Part shown: one piece after another, positions 53,810-64,000 of the stretch | How positions within the stretch are numbered: the stretch's first letter is position 1 | Layout: each line of letters opens with the position of its first letter | NCBI GenBank assembly: GCA_951406725.2 | Contig: OX597818.1 | Span: forward strand, 25,172,001-25,236,000 | Direction of reading: 5' to 3' | Source: Octopus vulgaris | Taxonomy: Eukaryota | DNA: 64,000 nt | Position numbers and translations under genes: made by a program | The notes under the pieces: model-generated | Database searches by the model: none | Seen by the model: only the letters and a program-made list of their open reading frames with translations | Told to the model about the DNA's origin: nothing

Positions 53810-54880
53810 TCAAGGCAGAAGGCCAAAAAAAGATGTATCCATCTCCTACTTCTTCAGGCTGATCATCACCTTCTATACAAATCTCTGAAAGTGCAGCTAT
53901 ATTAATGTTATAGTGGTTCAGCTTGCGAGCAACAAGTGCAGTGCATCCAGATTTTATAAAAAAAAAAGTTTCTTTGTTTTTCGAGCGCAGGGTGTATATA
54001 CGTCAGTCATGCTGAACTGACCAGATATAGAAAGACAGGCAATTTTAGTTCACCTTTTCTAGAACCTCCCCAGCCTCTAGGTGAGCAGTGTCCTCTCCAA
54101 ATGGAGCTGCTCAGACATCCTTGCACCAACTGAATCCTATCACTGTCTTGGGCGACAAGATGACTTTATATCTAGCATGGGCCACCTACATGCAGGTCGC
54201 TGATTACATGCTTCCAACCTGTCGGGTTTGTATGCTTCGCCACCTTCCCATCGCCATAGGACTTCTGAATAAAAATAAAATAAATATATACTAAAAATAA
54301 AGATACATATATCCTGAAAATAAAATAAATATATATAAAGAAAGAAAACAAGCAGCATATATCGAGCAGAGGTTGGCAATGCCTGTGCAGAGTTTTAAGT
54401 CCAATAAGGCTTGCACAACATCTCATAGACCCTCTCCACTCTATTGACATTGTCCAGGGACAAGATGTCTGGTGCCGTTATGAGTCACAGGCCATGATCT
54501 CTAGCACAAACCAAAGATCCCCAAAATGTCCAATGCCACTCCCTGTATATCTGATTTTGTATCAGAGTGACCTTCTCCTATAGACATGCTTCAGCAGAAG
54601 CTGAGGAGTACCTCACTACCAGTGGTCTTCTGGCATGCTAGATACCATCCCAGAATTTCTACATATCCGTGCTATTGAGAAATAGCCATTGAGCCTGCAC
54701 TAGATTCATCCAACCTTTCACAGGTCTTGTTTTTAATCCTGCTGGGTTTCTAGCAACCCTCCTCACCAGGGTAGCCTGGTGGGAGTGCCGGTTTAGTTGC
54801 CAGCAACCCAACCATGCAACAGGTTGTACTGGACTCCATGTTACCAGTAGCACTTATGAGAACCTCATAAGTGACCTGAC
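53810..54880 (-). mobile_element. 5' UTR and APE N-terminus of a second RTE-clade family, decayed
   Basis: Minus translation of ~53820-53950 gives TALVARKLNHYNINIAALSE...EEVGDGYIFFW (RTE/BovB-like endonuclease start). The more GC-rich, structured upstream segment to 54880 is assigned as the leader by inference. Confidence 0.6.
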
Positions 54881-55180
54881 ATACATACATACATGTATGC
54901 ACACAGACATATACATGTAAACATACATGCACACAGACACATACATACATACATTCCAATGAAGGAGGCTTGGATCTAGGTTAGAAACTGGTTCTTTATT
55001 GGCAAGAAATCTTGAATTAAATTGAATGATGACATACATACATACAAACACACATACACACATACATGCATGCATACATACATAATGCACATAGGCACAT
55101 ACATGCATGCATACATACATACATACATACATACATACATACATACATACATACATACATACATACATACATACATACAT
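54879..55180. repeat. (CATA)n microsatellite with an ~80-bp island at 54954-55032
   Basis: Direct reading. Confidence 0.9.
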
Positions 55181-55182
55181 GC

Positions 55183-56135
55183 ACATAAGATTGGAAGGCA
55201 GCTCCTTGAGAAACACTGTCTGATAATCTAGAATACATGCCCAAAGTCACATGACTCTACCACAATGTATCATCAGATGAAAGGATGAGCCTATATCAGC
55301 AGAAGACTATGCATGGATATGTCAGTATGAAGCTCTGTTATGATAGCATCAGATCATCAAAGCAGTTTATCATGGACCAATATCCTGATTACTACCTCCC
55401 ACTTTGAAGGGTATGCATTTGCAATCCAGGAACAGGAAATATCAATCAAGTACCTGATGCACAAAAAGGATAGAGATGCAGGAAAAGCCATAACATGTGA
55501 CAACTGATGCAGACTTTGTGAAGTTAACACTGAATATATCACCCACATCATAAGCAGTTGTCCAAAAATGTCATCATGGTATTATCAACTGATGAATCAT
55601 GATGTAGCTAGGACACTCTATAACAAAAGCCATCAGATGGACAAAGAAATAAGAACCCACCATACGGTAGAAGCCATAGCCACTCATAATAAAAAGGAAT
55701 ACTGGTGGAATGTACCAGTGAAGACCTCTATAAAATGATAAAATGTAAGTACAACAGACCTGATATAATGGTTTGGGATAAAGAAGAGAAACTGCACAGT
55801 TGTGGAAATTAGCTGCCCAGTGGATGTTAATATAAAGCTGAAGATCAGTGAAAAAGAGAACACCTATGTTGAACTATTGAGAAATCTGCAGTTACTCTAT
55901 CCAGATTACAAGTTCGGGTTTGCACCTGTAATTATTGGGACCTCGGGATAAGTAATACACTGCCTAAATACCAATCTTGAGAAATTAGGCTTCTCAAAAC
56001 CAGGAAGGAGAAAGCTAATTCAAAGACTACAGATCCAATCCATCACTGGAACTGTAAAAATCTGTAAACCTTTCCAGAAGCTTCTCATTTCAATATATAT
56101 GAGCATGTCTAGATATGCAACTATATGCATGAGAA
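55183..56135 (+). mobile_element. 3' part of R4/Dong-like element (CCHC finger plus RLE) flanked by (CATA)n
   Basis: HFEGYAFAIQEQEI, CRLCE..ITHIISSC, EYWWNVPVKT, RPDIMVWD, VEISCPVD..K..EKENTY, PVIIG; homologous to 45080-45510. Confidence 0.8.
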
Positions 56136-56265
56136 TACATACAACATACATACATACATACATACATACATACATACATACATACATACATACATACATA
56201 CATACATACATACATACATACATACATACAAACAAACATACATACAAACAAACAAACAAACAAAC
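56136..56265. repeat. (CATA)n/(CAAA)n microsatellite
   Basis: Direct reading. Confidence 0.95.
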
Positions 56266-57869
56266 ATAATCTGTTGGTTAATTGTCCAATAGTCAAAAAT
56301 AGCACACTCTAAAGGAGAAATTGAGTGATTATATTTTTATATTTTTGTGCAGTATATCCCTGGTTATAGCATATAGTTGGTCAAAATGTTACCAACTGTT
56401 TAATGCCCACTATCACACATGGCAATATTGATGACTCTTCAGACATGTTGGCTGGAAGTGTATGGCCTCTTTTACGCTGGAGGTAAATATGTAGTTCTGA
56501 TTTGCTCAGTGATGATAAAAAGTGGAATAAAGAAAAGACGGAACATTATAATATTTCACAGGAAGGTAAGAATTGCTTCCCTTTGGATTATGTCAAGTGT
56601 GTGCGTGTGTGTGGGGCAACTGTGTGTGTGTTTTCCATTTTCTAGTCTGAAAAAAGGGATCACCACATGGCCAAAACAAATTTTATTTCATGGAGGCTGC
56701 AGTGATATGCTCAAAAATATTCATTAGGCATAATAAGTTGAGGATCTTGTTCAGCAGCAAACCTAATATCAAATAAAGTGAGTGAATGCTCTAAAGCTTC
56801 ACACAGAGATAGGATGCTCATTCAAGGTTAGCAGTGAATGATCAATGAGACACAGAAGCTGTGGTCTACAAAGCAGAAGTACTGTTGTCCAACAACAACA
56901 ACAACAACAACAATCCTTCCTTTGTGTGTTTATCTTGATTTGCACCTGCTCAATGAGACAGGACATTAGCAATAGGATTGTTTTCCACAGCATGCAGAGC
57001 TCCATCCAACCTGGGTGGACTTATCAAATTCCTGGACACTGACCCAGATATTTCTGTGTCCCCATGCATATATCATGATTGTTGACTGAGGGCAATGATG
57101 ATGATAAAAGAAAAAATTATATATATTTTTCAAACATTCAAAATGACACCTGAAAATAGACAAACTTTTAAAAATAGATAAGCTTTCATTTATCATCATG
57201 TTACAAACACCAGCTATTCTCACATTATTACAGTGGCTTCTTGTTTTGTAAACAAATAAACTGTGCCACCTTTTCACTTGAGCCTAATCATCCTTTCATT
57301 ATATCTTTTACATCTCATGAGACTCCATTTATCCAGACGTTCCTGCCCATGTTTTCTTTAAAAACATAGATCTGTAGAAATTCCAACGTAACTTCAACCT
57401 CTGTAGTATACTTAAGTAAAAGGGAGAGTATCTCACACATGTAACAATACATACAGTTGCTGAGGAGAAAAATATTGATTGGTTACCACTAGGAAAGGTA
57501 TCCAAAAGTAAAACTTATATACTAACAATTTCAGTATTAAATCAATAGATTTCCTAATCTGATGTTTAATGAAAAATTGTCACTTAATTCATATTGTCAT
57601 CCTTTATATATTCTGATTCAATAGTTATGCTGATATGATATCAGATCCATAAGAGTAAGAAAGTTTGACATCTTAAAAACCCAGAAAAATATGTAAATTA
57701 GAAATTGTTTTGCTATCATCAATACAATTTCTATTTACATTCTTTTAAATATTTTGGCAAGCTACCAAGAAATACTTGACAGATTTTTGTTATCTAGATG
57801 ATGAGGAGGTTAATGTTCCAAAAGAATAGATACCAGATTAAGAATGGCATGGGAAAAGTTAAGAGAGTT

Positions 57870-58360
57870 GTTATCTTTGGTGACAACAAAAGATTTATTT
57901 CTCAGAGTGAAGGGCAGATTTTATGATACACTTGTGTACAATCTGCAATGTTGCATGGTAGTGAGACATACACCTTGAATGCAGGAGATTTTTGAAGACT
58001 GGAAAGAGATGAGGTGATCATGCTCTGCTGGATGTGTAATATTGCTGTACATGAATGATGGAATGCAGATGAGTAGAGAGAAGAACTGGGTGTAAGAGAA
58101 AATTGGTGCTGTATGCAACAGAGAAGTTTACGTTGATACAAACTTGTGATGTGAATGGAGAGTATCAGTTGAATAAAAAAAAAAGGCTGAGTGCTTCAAA
58201 TGGATGGAACCATCTGAAAGTTCAAGGAAGGCATGGTACAAAGAGATCAAGGAAGATATGGTACAGAGTGGTAAAGACTAATCCCAGAAAACTGAACCTC
58301 ATGAAATACGTGACTTGTGGCAAAGAGTCTAACTGATGCAAGCATGGGAAAGCGGATGTA
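57870..58360 (+). mobile_element. Highly decayed RTE 3' fragment
   Basis: Similar to 61965-62400 (CTCAGAGTGAAGGGCAGA, GCATGGTAGTGAGACA, GCTGGATGTGTAAT) and ends in GCATGGGAAAGCGGATGTAAAA. Confidence 0.65.
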
Positions 58361-58984
58361 AAAATTATAATGGTAACTGTGATGGAGATTAAGATGTATG
58401 TCATCAACATTTGACTCTCCTGATTGTTATGTTCATAATATACCATTTAATCCCTCTCTTCATTACTTCCTCTCCTATCTTCCTGTACTCTTTCTATCAT
58501 ATCTTCTTACCACTCTTTCATACCCTTCAGGTCAGTCATGCTGTTTTATTCAATCTCATTACCAACAATCATTAACTGTCTATCCCTCTCTTTCCTCTTT
58601 CTCTCCCCTCTTGTATCTCACACTCTTACTCTTCCACTCTGGTTCTCTTCTATTATTCTCCCTTCTCACTCTAGTTCTTACTCTTTCATCACTTTCTCTT
58701 CTATCATCCGCTTGGTCAAGTTGCTTCTATCCAATCTACTTACTAACAACCATCAAGTAGGTAACCAACACCCACTCTCTTTTCAATCCCTCTCTTGCTC
58801 CTTTTTACTCTGGTTCTCTTCATTTATTCTTCTATCATCTTCTCACTCTGGCTCTCTTCTGAGCCTCTCATGTGTTAAAGAATGGAATGAATGTATAGCG
58901 ATAACACTGGGAAGAGGTTTTGTTAGGGATGAGACACTACTCTAGTGCTGATGAAGAAATGAACATAGAAAATGTAGGGTACAG

Positions 58985-59202
58985 AGTGTGTGTAAATGTA
59001 TGTATATTTGTCTGTGCTTGTCACCCACCACCACTTGACAAGTGTTCATTTGTTATGTCCCTGTAACTGAGTGGTTCATCAAAAAAGACTGATAGAAAAA
59101 GTATCAGGATTTAAAGAAATAAGTACTATGGTTGATTTGTTCAACTAAAATTCTCCAAGGCAATGCTCCAGTATAATGACTGAAACAAGCAAAAAAAATA
59201 AA
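58985..59202 (+). mobile_element. Degenerate 3' half of the tRNA-derived SINE
   Basis: Similar to the reverse complement of 39582-39760; ends GGCAATGCTCCAG..ATGACTGAAACAAG. Confidence 0.65.
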
Positions 59203-59679
59203 TGATAATAGATGGAGAAGCAGATATAAAATTATATTACTGCCATCTTCTGCTTCTTCTGGTTGTTCAGTGTACAATTGTAAACTGAATGCATTCAACT
59301 TTGTTGGTGAAGCTAACCATTAAGTAGTACCTACAAATCCCAAAGGAATAAAATTAAGCATAAAGCTAGGGACAGAGTAGGTCTAGCAAACACCATTTGT
59401 TATAAAAATTGCTGTATTGTTTTGTTTGTGACATATCCTTGCAAACTGGACTCCTAAAATGAAAGAATTATTTTAGGCTTTTTTTTTATCATTTCTTGTT
59501 TGTTCATTCTCTTTGTTCATACTCTCCATACTGTAGCATCTATAATGAAAATTAAGAATCTAAGCATAATCCTTGCTCATAACTCAATGACATTTGCATA
59601 AAAATGATTTTAAAAGAAAAAGAAAAGTATAATGTAGTAATAAAAAAAAAACAACTTAATATCAGAATAAGTGGAAAGC

Positions 59680-62600
59680 TGACTAAGGTAATCGAGGTAG
59701 TCAGAGTATGTGACAGAATACTGAAGATTAGATTAGTGCTCCATCATAGTTTAGCAACTATTATATTGGCCTATGCCCCTCAGCCAGGGCTACCCGATGG
59801 ACAGAAAGACCGTTTCTATGACACCCTACTGCAGACCACCTCATTGACGAACGACAAGGACCTTCTCTTTGTGGTTGGTGACTTCAATGGGCATGTTGGA
59901 TGAGATGCTGGGGGGCTTCCATGGCGTACATGGAGGCTACGGTTATGGTTCCCGCAACGAGGAGGGAACCAGGCTGCTGGAGTTCTGTGATGCGAATAGT
60001 CTTATGGTTTGCAACACTAACTTCAGGAAACCGACAAGCCACTTGGTCACCTACCGATCGGGCCAGCATACTAGCCAAATTAACTACATCCTTGCCAGAA
60101 AAAGGGAAAGATGGCTGCTTATAAATGCCAAAACCTTCCCAGGTGAAGAATGTACCCCACAACATAGACTGGTAGTTAGTGACTTTAGGACCAGGACTAA
60201 GAGGATGACTAGAAGACGACTAACATGGGGAAGAAGGGTCTGGAAGCTTAAAGACTCTGCAAATAGACAGAGATTTAGAGACATGTTACTTGAAGCCTTC
60301 GACGAAATAGAAGGTGGTATAGCTACACATGGGGTAGAAGATAACTGGACGCTTCTAAGGGACAACCTGCTGAAAGCCACTGACCAGATCTGCGGCTGGT
60401 GCAAAGTCCCCCCAAGACCCAAAATAACGTGGTGGTGGAACAATATTGTTGACAGGGCTATTAGACAAAAGAAACAGGCTTGGAAAGACTGGAAGAACGG
60501 TGGTAGCAGGGAAGTGTATCAGGGAAGCTTGGAGGCAGGTGTATATAGCCAGAGGGGAAGCAGATAAGAAAAAATTTGCCAATGTTCTGCGCCGTGAGGA
60601 TGAAAGACTTGAGATATTTCGTATTGCTAGACAGTGTGTGAGAGAGAATTGTGACGTGGTAGGAGAGAAATGTGTTCGCAAGGATGACGGGTCACTTGCG
60701 CTAAATGAGGATGCAAAGAGAGAGGTTTGGAGATGCCACTATGAAAGGTTGCTGAATGAGGAAAATGAATGGGATAAAGAGAGTCTGCCGAATATCGACC
60801 CAACAGAGGGACCAGCAATCCGAGTTGACAGTTCCTTAGTAGTTAAGGCAATTAAAAGCATGAAAACAGGGAAAGCCCCTGGCCCATCAGGAATTACAGC
60901 AGAGATGCTCAAAATATCTGGTAGTGTTGGCTATAGCCTAGTCACCCGTATAGTTAACCAGGTGATACACGAAGGAGTTATACCCAATGATTGGGGTAGC
61001 AGCATAATAGTCAACTGCTACAAAGGTAAAGGTGACGCTCTAGATACAAATAACTACAGGGGTATCAAGCTGCTGGATCAGGTAATGATCTAATTAGAGA
61101 GAGGGTTAGCTTAGATGAGATGCAGTTTGGGTTCGTGCCAGGAAAAAGTACTACTGATGCTATATTCCTGGTAAGACAGCTGCAGGAGAAATACCTAGCC
61201 AAAGACAAGCCCCTGTACCTGGCTTTTGTTGATATGGAAAAAGCCTTCGACAGGGTTCCCAGATCCCTTATCTGGTGGTCAATGAGGAAACTAGGGATAG
61301 ATGAATGGTTAGTGAGAGCTGTGCGAGCCATGTACAGAGACGCTGCTAGTAAGGTGAGGGTTGGCAACGAGTACAGTGAAGAATTCCGGGTAGAGGTTGG
61401 GGTCCACCAAGGTTCAGTCCTCAGTCCCCTCCTATTTATCATAGTCCTCCAGGCAATAATGGAGGAATTCAAGACAGGATGCCCCTGGGAGCTCCTCTAT
61501 GCTGATGACCTTGCTCTAATTGCTGAGTCTCTATCAGAACTGGAGGAGAAGTTTCAGGTGTGGAAGCAAGGTTTAGAATTGAAGGGCCTTAGAATCAACC
61601 TAGCCAAAACCAAAGTCTTAATAAGTAGGAAGGTAGACCAATCACAAATGCCTTCAAGTAGATGGCTCTGCTTGATCTGTAAAAAAGGCGTAGGTAGAAA
61701 CTCTATAAGGTGCACCAAGTGCAAATATGGACACATAAGAGGTGTAGTAATATCAAAGGAAGACTAACTAGGAAAATAGTTTTTATCTGTGGCAGATGCT
61801 CAGGAGCAATAAACTCTGAAAATATGCAGAGACCAACTTCTACCACGTTCCAGGGAGAAAAACTAGAAGTAGTTGATAGCTTCCGTTACCTAGGTGACCA
61901 AGTCAGTAGCGGTGGTGGGTGTGCTGAAAGTGTAACTGCTAAGGTAAGAATAGCCTGGGCAAAGTTTAGAGAGCTCTTACCCCTGCTGGTGACAAAAGGC
62001 CTCTCGCTCAGAGTAAAAGGCAGACTGTATGATGCATGTGTACGTACAGCCATGCTACATGGTAGTGAAACATGGGCTATGACTGCTGAGGATTTGCGTA
62101 AACTCGCAAGAAATGAAGCCAGTATGCTCCGCTGGATGTGTAATGTCAGTGTTCATAATCGACAGAGTGTAAGTACCTTGAGAGAAAAGTTGGACCTAAG
62201 AAGCATCAGCTGTGGTGTGCAAGAGAGAGGTTTGCGCTGGTATGGTCATGTGATGAGAATGGCTGAAGATAGTTGTGCACGAAAGTGCCACACCCTAGCA
62301 GTTGAGGGAACCTGTGGAAGAGATAGACCCAGGAAAACATGGGACGAGGTGGTGAAGCACGACCTTCGAACTTTAGGTCTCACCAAAGAAATGACTAGAG
62401 ACCGAGACCTATGGAAGTATGCTGTGCGTGAGAAGACCCGGAAAGACCAGTGAGAACATGACCTGTGGCCTACATACCTTTCCTTCTTGGAACATCAATG
62501 GAAATTGCAGCTGTGGTTAAGCAAACCATCCAATTGTGGCCGTTGCCAGCGTCACCCCGACTGGCCTCCATGCCGGTGGCACATAAAAGCACCATCCGTT

Positions 62601-62880
62601 CAAGTCCGTTGCCAGCCTCGCCTGGCCCCCGTGCCGGTGGCACGTAAAAGCACCATCTGTTCATGGCCGTTTGCCAGCTCCGTCTGGCACCTGTGCGGGT
62701 GGCACGTAAAAAGCACCCACTACACTCGTGGAGTGGTTGGCGTTAGGAAGGGCATCCAGCCGTAGAAACACTGCCAGATCGGACTGGGCCTGATGCAGCC
62801 TTTTGGCTTCACAGACCCCAGTTGAACCGTCTAACCCATGCTAGCATGGAAAACGGATGCTAAATGATGATGATGATGAT
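59680..62880 (+). mobile_element. Long RTE-clade LINE (partial APE, RT, PHD, 3' UTR array, (GAT)n), frameshifted
   Basis: AYAPQ, GDFNGHVG, SQINYIL, GKAPGPSGI, NYRGIKLL, FVDMEKAFDRVPR, VGVHQGSVLSP, LYADDL, FRYLG and RWYGHV are spread over ORFs from 59604 to 62453. Confidence 0.93.
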
Positions 62881-64000
62881 CTACAGAAAACATTGCTTTT
62901 ACATATTAAGTTTCTCTATATTACATTTACAAATGAAACAAGTTCTCTTTGTGCAATGGCTCCTTTGAAAGCATTACAATTCAGCCAAGATATATTCTCT
63001 GCTATTGATACAGAAAAGTGTTCCTATTGATATAGGAATAAAAGAGAAGCTTTGGCAGTAGGGAAGCAGAAGGAATGTACAAGTTACAGAACAGATTTGT
63101 TAGCAAGGTAACAGAAGGAACAATATAATTTTCAGTTGACAATAACTTGAAAAACATTTAATAAAATAACTATGAGTTTTAGATGTTTCTTAAACAATAC
63201 GGGAAATTTTGTAAGCATAATTTGAAATTCTTTTTCTTTCTTTATGAAGTAACAGCAAGATAAAAAATAAATAATTTTTAACAAAAAGTTACGTCACATA
63301 CCACAAAGAAAATTAGTTCATGCATAAGAATATATATTTAGTTTTGTTTTAAAATATTCTTGGTGGGCTAAACTGTTGGAAATATATCTAGGTCAGACAA
63401 AGAACCACAATTTTAAACCAAGTCTTATTCAAGACCATATAGGCATAAAACATTGTAGATGTTTGGAATTAATTACAAGTGGTATATATTTGACAGCTAT
63501 AGACAACAAAATTACGATTGTAATTTTTTGATTACCTGTATACTCTCTGTATTAAAAATGATACGGATGGATCTGAAAAATGAATTAGGAACTGACCTCT
63601 TTTCAACAGTACTTACCATTTTGATACTTGACAATCCCTCCTATTGGGACAGTGTGTGATTATGAAATATAGTAGTATACATTAAGTAGTATTGTACAAT
63701 TTATATTAGTAAGTGCATAATGTTACATAAATGAATTAAAGTAAAATTTGAAACACTCGTTAATATAGAATTGAGGGAAATAAATAATAATTTAGCATTT
63801 ATGTAAAAATTAAGATATTTACTTTGAAATATTTATTTCATAGAAGATATTAACTGTCCAATCTCTTTTTTGTTTGTTTGTTTGTTTGTTTTTTAGTGAT
63901 TTCATTTTTATTTTATTTTGAATGGAGATTACTGATTTTGTATTTTTTAAAAAGACTCTGCAGACAGGAATCCTTAGACTTCAACAGCTACAGCATAAAT

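Noticed and set aside
54954-55010. Hammerhead-like look (AATGAAGG...GAAACTGGTTC)
   Set aside because: Lacks the CUGANGA core and convincing stems.
56889-56913. Poly-Q/poly-C ORFs
   Set aside because: Short (CAA)n microsatellite in noncoding context.
58420-58870. Leu/Ser-rich ORFs 58398-58760 and 58538-58945
   Set aside because: CT-rich low-complexity DNA with a short degenerate direct repeat; no coding signature.

Overview
Eukaryotic (animal) genomic DNA; the SINE/RTE repertoire and huge (TA)/(TACA) tracts suggest an octopus, by inference. Positions 1-36.8 kb are a giant compound (TA)n/(TACA)n microsatellite. It is interrupted almost only by 5'-truncated non-LTR retrotransposons: at least three CR1/L2-group subfamilies, a HERO-like element with a restriction-like endonuclease (RLE) and an uninterrupted ~1040-codon ORF, and an RTE. 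The segment 13.8-30.15 kb is a mirror-image duplication with a noisy centre that ends at a 100-N gap, so it is probably a fold-back assembly artefact. From 37 to 64 kb the DNA is AT-rich and intron/intergenic-like. It holds a type I hammerhead ribozyme, a tRNA-derived SINE sharing its tail with the CR1/L2-group LINEs, RTE copies with a PHD finger inside the RT ORF, R4/Dong-like remnants, older CR1 fragments and one probable host exon (PEX19-like exon 1, minus strand). The long Y/I/H/T/M/C/V-rich ORFs in the track are microsatellite translations, not genes.
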